Positions 42,457 through 52,743 of a stretch of DNA of 64,000 nucleotides are shown piece by piece. The notes under the pieces are model-generated. The model was not told the DNA's origin. It saw only the letters and a list, made by a program, of their open reading frames with translations, and ran no database searches. The position numbers were made by a program, and so were the translations under genes. Source of the stretch: an uncultured Thermoleophilia bacterium (GTDB taxonomy: Bacteria > Actinomycetota > Thermoleophilia > UBA2241). How positions within the stretch are numbered: the stretch's first letter is position 1; every line of letters begins with the position of its first letter. The stretch covers positions 4,843 to 68,842 of the forward strand of contig CAVPXA010000026.1 in NCBI GenBank assembly GCA_963709635.1, written 5' to 3'.

Positions 42457-43438
42457 ATGGAGGGTGGAGACATCGAACGGGGAGCGGGCTCCCCGGATGC
42501 CTGGGTCACGGCACAGTCGCGCGACCCGGAGGCCGGTGTCACGCGGCGGCAGTTCCTGGTCGGCGGCGGCGTGCTCGTGGCGGCCGCCGCCGTGCTCGGC
42601 GCCGTGGGCTGGCGGTCGTGGACGGTGCGCGGCTACTGGTACCGCTTCACCGGCGCCTACGGGCCCTCCGGCACGCCGCCCCCTTCGTATCCGGTCGTGT
42701 ACCGCAAGGGCACGTTCCCCTCACCCCGGCTGGCCGAGCCTGCCGAGTACGAGGTCGCCTACCCGCCGGACGTGGATCCGGAGAACACGGAACTGGTGAC
42801 GGCCACCCCGGTGTTGATCTGCCTGCCCGGGAGGGCCCGGTCTGCAGAGGCGGTGCTGGAGGGAGGCATGCACTTCGGGGACTTCGTCGCCGACGCGGTG
42901 CAGCGGCGCGCCGTCACGCCGTTCATCACGGTCGCCGTGCGGGCCGGCGACACGTACTGGCACGAGCGGAGCAGCGGCGTCGACGCCATGGCCGTGCTGC
43001 TCGACGAGTTCATCCCGTTCTTGCGTGACGACCTGGGGCTCGGAGGCACGCTGGGCATCATGGGGTGGTCGATGGGCGGCTACGGGGCGCTGCGGGCTGC
43101 CGAATCGCGCCCGCAGGAGTTCCGCGCCGTGTGCGCGGTCAGCGCAGCCCTTTGGCGCTCCTACGATGAGGGAGTCGGCGATGCGTTCGACGACGCCGCG
43201 GACTACGCCGCGGACGACGTCTACGCGCACGCGGAGAGGTTGCGCGGACGTCGCGGTGAGGGTCGACTGCGGGGAGCAGGACCCCTTCTACGCCGCCGAC
43301 AAGGCGTTCGCCGAGGCGCTGCCGCGGCCGCCGGCGGGCGGGTTCGAGCCCGGCGGCCACAACGACGCCTACTGGATGCGCGTGGCGCCGGCCGAGATCG
43401 ACTGGATGGCGAGCGAGCTCGGCCGGACGGCTCCGTGA
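42457..43438 (+). CDS. Tat-signal alpha/beta-hydrolase esterase (frameshift ~43245)
   Basis: TRRQFL twin-arginine motif; GWSMGG nucleophile elbow; DCGEQDPF and GGHN C-terminal motifs. Confidence 0.85.
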
Positions 43439-43478
43439 GGACCACCGGGCCGCTCCGGATGCGCGCGCCGGTGAGAGC

Positions 43479-44549
43479 CTAGGCGCGCGGCACGAAGCGC
43501 TGCGCGTCCCAGGCGCCCTCGGAGAGGCGCCTCGTCACCGCCGCCGCGAGCAGAGCGCCGGCCTCGGCGTCGTCCGGCTGCATGACCTCGAACGCCGAGT
43601 GCATGTTGCGCACCGGGAGGCTGAACGAGAGCGTCGCGGCGTTGCCGGCGGCCATGAGCTCCTCGGCGTCGGTGGAGGTGTTGCCGGGCATCGCCTTGAC
43701 CTGCACCGGGATGCCCTCGTCCTTGGCCACCTGGATGGCGAGGTCGGTGAGGGCGAGGTTGCCGGCGGCGCCGCGGTGGATCACCGGGCCGGCGCCGAGC
43801 TTGACCTCGCCGCCGAGCTTCTTGGCGTCCATGCCCGGGTCGTCGCTGGCGAAGTCGACGTCGACGACCATGATCACGTCCGGCTGCCACTTGATCGCCA
43901 TGGCCTTGGCGCCCATGAAGGTGGTCTCCTCGTGCACCGTGAGCAGCGCCGTGAGGTCGGCGGCCGCAGGGGCGGAGGCGTAGTGCTCGAGCGCGCGGAG
44001 GCAGACGTAGACGCCGGCGCGGTTGTCGAAGGCCGGCGAGGCGTAGCGGCCGCCGGCCAGCTGGAGGAAGTTCGGCGGGAACGTGATCGGATCGCCGATC
44101 TGGACCAGATCCAGCGCCTGCTCACGGGTGGAGCAGCCGATGTCGAGCCACTGGTCGCTGAGGTCCGGGGCCTTGGCGCGCTCGTCTTTGGTCATCTTGT
44201 GGGAGGGCTTGCGGCCGACCACGCCGTCCACGGGGCCCTTGGAGGTCTGGACGATGAGGTTGCGGCCGGGGAGGAGCTGCGGGTCCACGCCGCCGATCTT
44301 GTCGAACGAGACGAAGCCCTTCTCGTCGACGTAGGTGACGATGAGGCCGATCTGGTCCGCGTGGGCGGTGACGACGACGTGCGGCGCGCCCTGGCCCTTG
44401 ACCGTGCCCCAGACGTTGCCCAGCGGGTCGCCCTCGGGCGCCGACAGCGCGGAGAGGCGCGCGCGCACGCGGTCGAGCACGGGAGCTTCGAACCCGGTGG
44501 GGGCGGGGGCGGCGCAGAGGTCGCGCAGCAGGTCGAGGTCGGTGGCCAT
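43479..44549 (-). CDS. M42 family metallo-aminopeptidase
   Basis: APTGFE, AHADQIG, FDNRAG, HEE, VDVD, STDA, RNMHS. Confidence 0.9.
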   Translation of the reverse strand: MATDLDLLRDLCAAPAPTGFEAPVLDRVRARLSALSAPEGDPLGNVWGTVKGQGAPHVVVTAHADQIGLIVTYVDEKGFVSFDKIGGVDPQLLPGRNLIVQTSKGPVDGVVGRKPSHKMTKDERAKAPDLSDQWLDIGCSTREQALDLVQIGDPITFPPNFLQLAGGRYASPAFDNRAGVYVCLRALEHYASAPAAADLTALLTVHEETTFMGAKAMAIKWQPDVIMVVDVDFASDDPGMDAKKLGGEVKLGAGPVIHRGAAGNLALTDLAIQVAKDEGIPVQVKAMPGNTSTDAEELMAAGNAATLSFSLPVRNMHSAFEVMQPDDAEAGALLAAAVTRRLSEGAWDAQRFVPRA

Positions 44550-44650
44550 GGAGTCCCTCCGGATGTTCGTGTGCTCGGGCGCCGGCGAGGCTTCGCCGGC
44601 CGGCCTCCGGCATCCTACCCGCTCGTGCCCCCGGCGGCACCCGCCCGGCC

Positions 44651-46747
44651 TCAGTCGGCGACCTCGACCCGGTTCTTGCCGTGGCTCTTGGCCAGGTACA
44701 GTGCGCGGTCGGCGGTCCGGACCAGGTGCTCGGCGTCGCCGTCGTGGTCGGGCATGCTGGCGATGCCGACGCTGATCGTGACGTGGACGCGCTCGTGCGG
44801 CGCGCGGCCGGGGAACTCCTCTGCCTCCACCGAGAGGCGCACGCGCTCGCCGGCCGTCAGGGCGCCGCCGACCGTCGCGAGGTCCGGTTCGGCGGTGCGC
44901 ATCTGCTCGGTGAGCCGGCGCCCGACGCTCTCGGCGCCGCCGGGGTCGGTGTGCGGCAGGATCACGGCGAACTCCTCTCCGCCGTACCGCGCCGCGATGT
45001 CCACGCCGCCGCGCAGCTGGGTACGCATGATCTGCGCCACACGCCGCAGCACGCCATCACCGGCGGGATGGCCGTAGGTGTCGTTGTAGTGCTTGAAGTC
45101 GTCGAGGTCGAGCATGAGCAGCGACAGCGGGAGGCCGTACCGCCGTGCGCGGACGACCTCGTCGCGAAGCCGCTCGTAGAAGAAACGGTGGTTGTAGAGC
45201 CCGGTCAGCCCGTCGGTGATGGCCTGCCGCGCGAGCTCCGCGTACAGGCGGGTGTTGTCGAGCGCCGCGGCGGCCTGGTTGGCGAGGATCTGCACGAGCT
45301 CCACCTCGTCGGAGTCGAACGCGCGGTCGTCCGGGCTGGAGATGTCCATCCAGCCCTGGACCGCGGCCTTGGTGGCCAGCGGCAAGACGAGCCGGCGGCC
45401 GGGGGCCGCGGCCGCCTGCGCCGCCTGCTGCTCCGCCAGTGCTCGGTCGACGAGGGCGTCCGGCGGGGCGGTGGCGCCGTCGCGGGCACCGGCCGGGTCC
45501 AGACACAGGACCGCGACCTCCGTCGCGCGGTGTGGGAACAGCGTGCCGACTCGAGACTCGACAGCGCCCACGATCTCGCCGCCGTCGAGCGACGCGCTGA
45601 GCTGACGGCTGATCTCGAGGACCTTGACGAGACGCTCGTTGCGCCAGGTCTCCCGTCGGAACCACTTCGCGTTGCGGATGGCCGCCGCGGCCGGCTCGCC
45701 CAGAGCTCTGGCCAGCTCGATCTCGTCAGTATCGAATGAGCGCTCCGGACTCGACTCGGCGATCTCCATGAGCCCGACCGTCTCGTCGCCGAACCGCAGG
45801 GGGACCGTGAGCATGGACAGCTCGTCCCACTCCCGCATGCTCGCGAGTTGCGCGGGCGGCAGGCCCGGGTCCTTCACCGTGTAGAGCCGCATGCGGCCGC
45901 TCTGGAGGACCTCGCGGTCCCATGGGTAGTCGTCGAGTGCGTACACGGTACCGGGCGGATCGGGGTCGCGGTGTCCGGGGTCGGCGTGGAACTCGGAGCG
46001 CCAGAGGATCGAGTCGCCCTCCTGATCGTACTCGTAGATGTAGCAGGACGGGGCGCCGAGCGCCTGCGCCGCCTCCCCGGCGAGACGCTGCAGGACCTCC
46101 TCGAGGACCACTGTGGAGGAGAGGGCGCGGCTCGCGCTCAGCAGCGCGTTGAGGCGCCTGTTGGCGGCGAGCTGCTGCTGGGAGGTCCGCGCATTGCCGA
46201 TGGCCAGCGCCGCCACGTCCGCGAGCGCCGTGACCAGGCGGACGTCCTCAGCGTCGAACTCGTGCCGATCGCGACGCTCGATGAGCTCGAGGAGGCCGAG
46301 GGTCTCGCCGCCGAGTTCGAGCCGCGCGTACAGCGCCGTCTGCTCTCCCCAACGCCGCATGCGCTCCCAGTCCGGAGACCCGGGCTCCTCCTCGTCCACC
46401 TGCACGACGGCGACACCGCCCTGCCTGAAGACGCGCTGCACGCCGGGGTGGTGGTTGATGTCGGAGTCGGCGCCGACGAAGGCGATGTCCTCTTCGGAGA
46501 GGCTCCGCGACCACGTCGCCTGCGTGAGCAGGCAGTCGCGCGCGGGCACGTACTCGTACACGCTGCACTCCCACACACCGAGCGTCATGGTGAGCTGCTC
46601 GCAGACGTGGAGGAGGGTGCGGGAGAGCATCGCGCCGGCGACGCTGGTACTCGAGCCGTGCACACTGGTGCCGCCCTGGCCGGGCTGGTTCGCCTTCTGG
46701 GCTGGGCCGGACTTGCCGGCGACCCTGTCGCTTGCGCCGTCCATCAT
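44651..46747 (-). CDS. Multi-GAF diguanylate cyclase (GGEEF)
   Basis: Two full GAFs plus a short third; TDGLTGLYNHR, DLDDFKHYNDTYGHPAGD, RYGGEEF, ADRALYLAK. Confidence 0.93.
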   Translation of the reverse strand: MMDGASDRVAGKSGPAQKANQPGQGGTSVHGSSTSVAGAMLSRTLLHVCEQLTMTLGVWECSVYEYVPARDCLLTQATWSRSLSEEDIAFVGADSDINHHPGVQRVFRQGGVAVVQVDEEEPGSPDWERMRRWGEQTALYARLELGGETLGLLELIERRDRHEFDAEDVRLVTALADVAALAIGNARTSQQQLAANRRLNALLSASRALSSTVVLEEVLQRLAGEAAQALGAPSCYIYEYDQEGDSILWRSEFHADPGHRDPDPPGTVYALDDYPWDREVLQSGRMRLYTVKDPGLPPAQLASMREWDELSMLTVPLRFGDETVGLMEIAESSPERSFDTDEIELARALGEPAAAAIRNAKWFRRETWRNERLVKVLEISRQLSASLDGGEIVGAVESRVGTLFPHRATEVAVLCLDPAGARDGATAPPDALVDRALAEQQAAQAAAAPGRRLVLPLATKAAVQGWMDISSPDDRAFDSDEVELVQILANQAAAALDNTRLYAELARQAITDGLTGLYNHRFFYERLRDEVVRARRYGLPLSLLMLDLDDFKHYNDTYGHPAGDGVLRRVAQIMRTQLRGGVDIAARYGGEEFAVILPHTDPGGAESVGRRLTEQMRTAEPDLATVGGALTAGERVRLSVEAEEFPGRAPHERVHVTISVGIASMPDHDGDAEHLVRTADRALYLAKSHGKNRVEVAD

Positions 46748-46848
46748 CCCCCGTTGATGCGTCGGCGGTACCGCTGCTTCGTGCACTGACCTTATCGACG
46801 GCGCGCCGTCGGGGCAAGAGGGCATGAGGCCGGGCGCGACGGGGCCGG

Positions 46849-48537
46849 GTGGTGATATCGTCGCGCCATCGAGACGTCGGCCGGACAAGACCGGCGGCCC
46901 CCGCGCCGCCGCTCAGCCCAGCGTCAGCGCCAGTTGCGGCGCCGGCGCGGCGTCGCGCTCCTTGCCGTCGCCGTCCTCGCGATCCTCCTCATCTGGCGCG
47001 TCGCCGCCTGCGGCGGCTGCGGCTGCGGGGGCGGGGAGGAGAGCCCAAGGTGGCCGGCCCGGTGCCGGCGCCGCCGGTGCCGGCCGTTGCCGGCGACGGC
47101 GTCAAGGTCGGCACGTTCCTCGGCAACTTCGGGCGCCGGTACTACGGGCAGGGCCCGGCGCCCAAGCGTCTCGACGTCATCTGGAAGCTCCAGCTGGGCA
47201 GCGGTATGTCCTCGGGCAAGAAGGACTCCGACCCGCCGAGCAAGTGGTCCGGCAGCGGCTGGACCGGCCAGCCGAGCGTCGTCGTCGACGGCGGCAAGAC
47301 CTACCTTCTCGCGAGCTCCTACGAGTACAAGCTGCGCAAGATCGACGCCGAGACCGGCAAGGTGGTCTGGGCGTACCAGTACGACGACATCATCAAGAGC
47401 AGTCCGGCGGTGTTCAAGAACCCGTCGCCGACGGGCCCCGACGACAAGTACATCGTCGTCGCCGGGTCGCGCCGCGGCTACCCGAAGAAGCTCGACGACC
47501 CGACCGTCGCTCCCGTCCGTGCCCTGACGTTCGGCAGCGGCAAGGAGCTCTGGCGCCTGCCGGTGCCGCAGACCAAGTCGTACAGCCGCGACGCCGACGG
47601 CAGCGGGTTCTTCTTCGACGGCACGTTCTACCAGGGGGTCGAGAGCGGGTGGTTCTACGCGCTCGACCCGCTCAAGACGACGGCGTGGGCCGAGGGCAAG
47701 AAGCCCGTCATCGAGCACCAGCAGCTGCTGATCGGCGACGAGCGCGCCGAGACGCACGGCAGCGACCTGGTGCTCGAGAGCTCGCCCTCGGCGGTCGGCA
47801 AGAACCTCTACATCGCGTCGGGCGCCGGCCACGTGTACGGCCTCCGGCGCTCGGACCTCAAGATCGTCTGGGACTACTACATCGGCTCGGACCTCGACGG
47901 CACGCCCATCCCCACCAAGAAGGGCCTGCTGCTCCAGAGCGTCGAGAAGCAGTACATCAAGGGTAAGGGCGGCATGCTGGCGCTCGACCCGACGAAGCCG
48001 CCGGACAAGGCGACCGTGTGGTTCTTCCCGACGGGCAACCGCGAGCTCGGCGACTGGAAGGGCGGCATCGTCGGGTCGGCGGCCGTCAACGACTCGTACA
48101 ACAAGGACGGCCAGTACCCGGCGCTCTGCGCGTTCAGCGCCATCGACGGCTACCTCTACGTGGTGTCGCAGGACGTGATGAGCGACGCGACTGTGAAGGG
48201 CCCCAACCTCGGCAAGGGCCTCAAGACACCGGTGCAGGTGGCGAGGATCTGGAACGGCGGGGCGATCTCGACGCCGATCATCGTGGGGGAGTCGCTGGTC
48301 TCGGCGAGCTACGACCAGCGCGTCCACCTCTTCGACATCGTCTACACGCCGGCCGAGGAGGGCGAGCCCGGCGCGCTCCCGAGCGCGAGCCGCGACGGGG
48401 GGTTCTGGACGGTCACGCTCGAGGAGCGCGATCAGTTCTTCACCAGCGCCGCCTTCGAGTCGACGCCCGTGCTGTGGGACGGGCGCGTCTACGTGGGCTG
48501 CCGCGACGGCTTCCTGTACTGCCTCGGCGACAAGTAG
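46849..48537 (+). CDS. Membrane-anchored PQQ-like beta-propeller protein (frameshifts ~46900, ~47040)
   Basis: TM segment RRRRGVALLAVAVLAILLIW in an alternate frame; WTGQP, DAETGKVVW, SSPAV, STPII, VYVGCRDGFLYCL repeats. Confidence 0.8.
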   Translation: MVISSRHRDVGRTRPAAPAPPLSPASAPVAAPARRRAPCRRRPRDPPHLARRRLRRLRLRGRGGEPKVAGPVPAPPVPAVAGDGVKVGTFLGNFGRRYYGQGPAPKRLDVIWKLQLGSGMSSGKKDSDPPSKWSGSGWTGQPSVVVDGGKTYLLASSYEYKLRKIDAETGKVVWAYQYDDIIKSSPAVFKNPSPTGPDDKYIVVAGSRRGYPKKLDDPTVAPVRALTFGSGKELWRLPVPQTKSYSRDADGSGFFFDGTFYQGVESGWFYALDPLKTTAWAEGKKPVIEHQQLLIGDERAETHGSDLVLESSPSAVGKNLYIASGAGHVYGLRRSDLKIVWDYYIGSDLDGTPIPTKKGLLLQSVEKQYIKGKGGMLALDPTKPPDKATVWFFPTGNRELGDWKGGIVGSAAVNDSYNKDGQYPALCAFSAIDGYLYVVSQDVMSDATVKGPNLGKGLKTPVQVARIWNGGAISTPIIVGESLVSASYDQRVHLFDIVYTPAEEGEPGALPSASRDGGFWTVTLEERDQFFTSAAFESTPVLWDGRVYVGCRDGFLYCLGDK

Positions 48538-48552
48538 GGCCGGGGGCGCCGC

Positions 48553-48617
48553 GGCGGCTGAGACAGCGGCCCGCTGGGGCGGCTGAGGCTGCGGCGCGAT
48601 GGGGCGGCTGAGGCTGC
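48553..48617 (+). repeat. Short intergenic direct repeats (TGGGGCGGCTGAGGCTGC, ~25-bp period)
   Basis: Two exact 18-mers (48575-48592, 48600-48617) and one degenerate copy. Confidence 0.6.
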
Positions 48618-48630
48618 CGCCGGAGCGGGC

Positions 48631-50247
48631 TCAGCCGGCGCCGAAGACGACGACTGTGTCCTTGCCCTGCCGCTTGGCCTCGTAGAGCGCCTGGTCCGCC
48701 TTCGAGACCAGGTCGGCGGCGTCGTCCGCGTGCACCGGCAGCGTGGCGACGCCGATGCTCACGGTGACGCCGCGCCAGCCGGAGACGACCAGCGGCGCGC
48801 GCGCCTCCGAGATCGCTACGCGGATGCGCTCGGCGGTCGTCACGGCGCCGTCGAGGGCGCCGCCCGGGAGCTCGGACTCTGTGGCCGGCAGGATGACGGC
48901 GAACTCCTCGCCGCCGTAGCGCGCGGCGCAGTCCGTGCCCTGCCGGAGCTGCGTCTGCAGGGCCTGGCCCACCACGCGCAGCAGCTCGTCGCCCACCGGG
49001 TGCCCGAAGCGGTCGTTGACGTCCTTGAAGTCGTCGAGGTCCAGCATCAGCAGGGAGAGCGGCTGGCCGTAGCGCCCTGCCCGCGCGACCTCGTCGCGCA
49101 GGCGCTCCCAGAAGTAGCGGTGGTTGTAGAGCCCGGTGAGGCCGTCAATGATCGCCTGCCGCTCGATGGTCTCCTTCTGCTCCTGCAGACGGTGGTACAG
49201 CTGGGCGTGGTGGATGGCGACGCCGGCCTGCTCGCCGAGCGCCACGCAGAGCGCGGTCTCCTGCTCGGTGAAGTGGCGCGGGTACACCGCCTCGCTCACC
49301 TCGAGCGATCCGACCACCTCGCCGCCGACTACCAGAGGGACCATGAGCGACGACATCTCGCCCCACTCGAGCAGTTGCCGGCGCATGACCGGGTCCAGCG
49401 TCGGGTCGTCGAGGCGCACCTCGACCGGACGGCGCGTCCGCACGACGGCGAGGTCCTGCGGCAGGTCCTCTATCGGGTACACCGTGCCGAGAGGTTCCTC
49501 GAAGTCGTGCGAGGGGTCGCGCTGGTAGTGGGCCAGCCAGACCATGGCGTCGGCCTCCGGGTCGTACTCGTAGATGTAGCTCGACCCGGCGTCCAGGGCC
49601 AGCGCCGCCTGCCGGCAGATGACCTCGAGGAGCTCGTCCAGGTCGAGCGTCGAGGTCATCGCGCGCGAGGCGCCGATCATGGCCGAGAGCTGCCGGTTGC
49701 GCTCTTCGGACGCGCGCGAGGCGCGCGCGTTGGCGAGCGCGATGGCCGCCAGCGAGGCCATCTGGCTGACCAGACGCACGTCACCCTCGGTGAAAGTCCG
49801 CTCGCGCTCCTTCTCGGTGAGCTCCAGCATGCCGAGTACCCGGTCGCCGTGCACGATCGGCGCCCAGATCGCGGCCCGCTCGCCCCAGAACTCCATGGAC
49901 TCGAACCCCGCCGTGGCGGCGTCGATCTCGTCGTCGGGATACGAGCACAGCACCTGACGCTGCTCGATGACGCTTCTGAACCCGGGAGCGTCGGCGAGGC
50001 TGTGCGCCTCGCCGACCCAGTCGATGTCGTTCTCGTTGGGGACGCGCGACCAGAGGGCCTGGGCGCGCAGGAGGCCGCGTGAGGCGATGTACTCATAGAT
50101 GCAGCACTCCGAGCACTCGAGCGCCTCGGCGATCTTCTCGGCGAGCTCCACGAGGGTGTCGCCGAGCAGGGCGTCCTCACCCGCCCCCCCGTGGTGCACC
50201 AGAGCGAATGAAGTGCCTGCCCTCTCGTTGTCGTCCATGATCCGCAT
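48631..50247 (-). CDS. GAF-GAF diguanylate cyclase (GGEEF); start 50247 or 50238
   Basis: Two GAFs; DGLTGLYNHR, DLDDFKDVNDRFGHPVGD, RYGGEEF, ADQALYEAK. Confidence 0.93.
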   Translation of the reverse strand: MRIMDDNERAGTSFALVHHGGAGEDALLGDTLVELAEKIAEALECSECCIYEYIASRGLLRAQALWSRVPNENDIDWVGEAHSLADAPGFRSVIEQRQVLCSYPDDEIDAATAGFESMEFWGERAAIWAPIVHGDRVLGMLELTEKERERTFTEGDVRLVSQMASLAAIALANARASRASEERNRQLSAMIGASRAMTSTLDLDELLEVICRQAALALDAGSSYIYEYDPEADAMVWLAHYQRDPSHDFEEPLGTVYPIEDLPQDLAVVRTRRPVEVRLDDPTLDPVMRRQLLEWGEMSSLMVPLVVGGEVVGSLEVSEAVYPRHFTEQETALCVALGEQAGVAIHHAQLYHRLQEQKETIERQAIIDGLTGLYNHRYFWERLRDEVARAGRYGQPLSLLMLDLDDFKDVNDRFGHPVGDELLRVVGQALQTQLRQGTDCAARYGGEEFAVILPATESELPGGALDGAVTTAERIRVAISEARAPLVVSGWRGVTVSIGVATLPVHADDAADLVSKADQALYEAKRQGKDTVVVFGAG

Positions 50248-50335
50248 CCTCTCGCCGGCAGAGGTATCGGTAGCACGACGTACGACCTGAATGGGACGTT
50301 CGTCGTCGGTCCCGGACCGGCGTCCCCTTCGCGAC

Positions 50336-51544
50336 CTAGTATCTCACCATGAGCTTGCGCGTGGCAGCGGTGAGCCCGTCGACGGTGAGCTCGAACATGG
50401 GGAAGACCTCGCGGACCTTGCGGATGGTCACGCTGCCGTAGGCGCGGTCCCAGTCCGCCTCGGGGATGGTGTTGAGCCACACGGAATGGTCGAAGTGGCG
50501 GCGCAGGCGCCGGAGCCACTCGATGCCGGGCTCGTCGTTGCCGTAGCCCCACCAGATGATGCCGTCGCGGGCCATGAGCTCGCTGGGGGCCATGGCCGCG
50601 TCGCCGACGATGATGAGCTTGTAGTCGCTGGGCAGCTCCTGGAGCACGCGCCGCGTGGAGATCGCCTCCGACGACGTCATGCGCGTGCTCGTGTAGAGCC
50701 AGTCGTAGACGCAGTTGTGGAAGTAGTAGAAGCGCAGGTCCTTGAAGTGGCTGCTGCGGTTCACGGCGCTGAACAGCTGGCTGCAGAGGCGGATGTAGGG
50801 GTGCATGGAGCCGCCGACGTCCATGAGCAGCAGCACCTTGACGGAGTTCTTGCGGCTCTTGCGCCAGACGAGGCTGAGGCGGCCGGCGTTGCTCGCCGTC
50901 TCCTCGACGGTCTCGTCGAGATCCAGTTCATCCGGCAGGCCCTCGTTGCGCGAGCTCAGCTGGCGCAGGCGCCGCAGGGCGAGCTCGAACTGCCGCACGC
51001 CGACCTCCTGGTCGGTGCGGTAGCCGCGGTAGCGGCGCTCACCGGCCACCTTGACGGCGCTCCTGTTGCGGCTCTCGCCGCCCACGCGGATGCCGCCGGG
51101 GTGGTAGCCGGAGTGGCCGAACGGGCTGGTGCCGCCGGTGCCGACCCACTTGTTGCCGCCGTGGTGGGCCTCGGTCTGCTCCTTGAGGCGCTCCTCGAAC
51201 ATCCTCTGGAGCGCCTCGAGGTCGAGGTCCTCGAGCGCGGCGGCCAGCAGCCGCCGCTCCTCCTCGCTGAGCCCGGGCATGGTCAGCGGGTCCGCGAGCC
51301 AGTCCCAGACCTCGTCCTCGATCTCCACCGGCGTCTCGATGCCCTTGAACATGTGCGCGAACGCCTGGTCGTACTGGTCGAAGTACGCCTCGCTCTTGAC
51401 CAGGATGCTGCGCGCCACCGCGTAGAACTCGTCCAGGCTGCTCGGCACCAGGCCCATGGCGAGCCCGCGCATGAGCGCGAGCCACTCCGTGACCGTGACC
51501 GGCACGCCGTAGAAGCGCAGCAGGAAGAAGAAGTCGGTGAACAC
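50336..51544 (-). CDS. vWA-domain protein (CoxE-like partner of MoxR AAA+)
   Basis: HHGGNKWVGTGGTSPFG, MIDAS DVGGSM, YFHNCVYD, IVGDA. Confidence 0.88.
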   Translation of the reverse strand: MFTDFFFLLRFYGVPVTVTEWLALMRGLAMGLVPSSLDEFYAVARSILVKSEAYFDQYDQAFAHMFKGIETPVEIEDEVWDWLADPLTMPGLSEEERRLLAAALEDLDLEALQRMFEERLKEQTEAHHGGNKWVGTGGTSPFGHSGYHPGGIRVGGESRNRSAVKVAGERRYRGYRTDQEVGVRQFELALRRLRQLSSRNEGLPDELDLDETVEETASNAGRLSLVWRKSRKNSVKVLLLMDVGGSMHPYIRLCSQLFSAVNRSSHFKDLRFYYFHNCVYDWLYTSTRMTSSEAISTRRVLQELPSDYKLIIVGDAAMAPSELMARDGIIWWGYGNDEPGIEWLRRLRRHFDHSVWLNTIPEADWDRAYGSVTIRKVREVFPMFELTVDGLTAATRKLMVRY

Positions 51545-51555
51545 GCCGCCCTCCC

Positions 51556-51654
51556 TCAGCGCCTGCGCTGGCCGATCTCGCGCAGCACGAGCACGGCGAC
51601 CACGATGGCGATGACGATGACGAAGAAGAGCTCGATACCGCCGATGTTCGGCAT
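51556..51654 (-). CDS. 32-aa single-TM micro-protein with TatA-like N-terminus
   Basis: AGGAG RBS + ATG; MPNIGGIELFFVIVIAIVVAVLVLREIGQRRR. Confidence 0.6.
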   Translation of the reverse strand: MPNIGGIELFFVIVIAIVVAVLVLREIGQRRR

Positions 51655-51698
51655 GGGGACTCCTGGCCTCGAGGGGCCGCGGCCGGGCAGGCCTGCGG

Positions 51699-52535
51699 CT
51701 ATCTGCGGCCGCGGCCGGACGCCAGCGCGCGCTGCGCGACGTCCACGTCGTGGTCCTTCTTGAGCAGCACGCCCATGAACGGCAGGCGCGCGGCGATCTC
51801 CTTGGGGTCGACCCCGCCGCGCTCGAGCGCCTGCACCCAGTCGATGAGCTCGCTGGTGCTCGGCTTCTTCTGCAGGCCGGGGAGGTCGCGCAGCCAGTAG
51901 AAGGACTGCATGGCGAGGTCGAGCAGCCGCTTGTCCAGGCCGGGCACGTGGACGCGCACGATGCGCTCCATCATCTCCTCGTCCGGGAACTCGATGTAGT
52001 GGAACACGCAGCGGCGCAGGAACGCGTCCGGCAGTTCCTTCTCGGCGTTGGACGTGATGAGGACGATCGGCCGGTGCACGGCCTTGACGTTCTCGTGCGT
52101 CTCGGGGATGTGGAACTCCATCTGGTCGAGCTCCCACAGGAGGTCGTTGGGGAACTCGAGGTCGGCCTTGTCGATCTCGTCGATGAGCAGCACGACACGC
52201 TCCTCGCTGGCGAAGGCCTCGCCCAGCTTGCCGGGCTTGATGTACTGGGCGATGTCGCTGACGTCGCTGTCGCCGAACTGGCCGTCGTAGAGGCGCTGCA
52301 CCGTGTCGTAGACGTAGAGGCCGTCCTGCGCCTTGGTCGTCGACTTCACGTTCCAGATGAGCAGCGGCATCTCGAGGCCCTTGGCGATGCTCTGGGCGAG
52401 CATCGTCTTACCGGTGCCCGGCTCGCCCTTGATCAGCAGCGGGCGGCTGAGCTGCACCGCGACGTTGACGGTCTGCATGAGGTCGGGCGCGGCGATGTAG
52501 TCGCTGGTGCCCGTGTACGTGAAGGACTGGCTCAT
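51699..52535 (-). CDS. MoxR family AAA+ ATPase
   Basis: GEPGTGKT, YDTVQRL, LLIDEIDKAD, ITSNAEKELPDAFLRRC. Confidence 0.92.
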   Translation of the reverse strand: MSQSFTYTGTSDYIAAPDLMQTVNVAVQLSRPLLIKGEPGTGKTMLAQSIAKGLEMPLLIWNVKSTTKAQDGLYVYDTVQRLYDGQFGDSDVSDIAQYIKPGKLGEAFASEERVVLLIDEIDKADLEFPNDLLWELDQMEFHIPETHENVKAVHRPIVLITSNAEKELPDAFLRRCVFHYIEFPDEEMMERIVRVHVPGLDKRLLDLAMQSFYWLRDLPGLQKKPSTSELIDWVQALERGGVDPKEIAARLPFMGVLLKKDHDVDVAQRALASGRGRR

Positions 52536-52743
52536 GGCGTGCGCTTTCGGTCGTTGACGTGAGCGGGGGGCGCGCCGAGGCGGCACCCTCGGGAGTGTAT
52601 CAGACGCGCCGCCCGGCTCTGCGCACCGGCCCTCGTCTCCGCCGCCCGCCTCTGGCCGCCTCCGCGGCGGGCCAACGCCGTTCGGCACCCGCCACGCGGG
52701 TACAACCCAGACAAGCCGTCGATGTCAACCAGAGGGGGAGGAC

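Noticed and set aside
48553-48617. CRISPR array
   Set aside because: Repeats are 18 bp with ~7-bp spacers, only 2-3 copies, and no cas genes are present.
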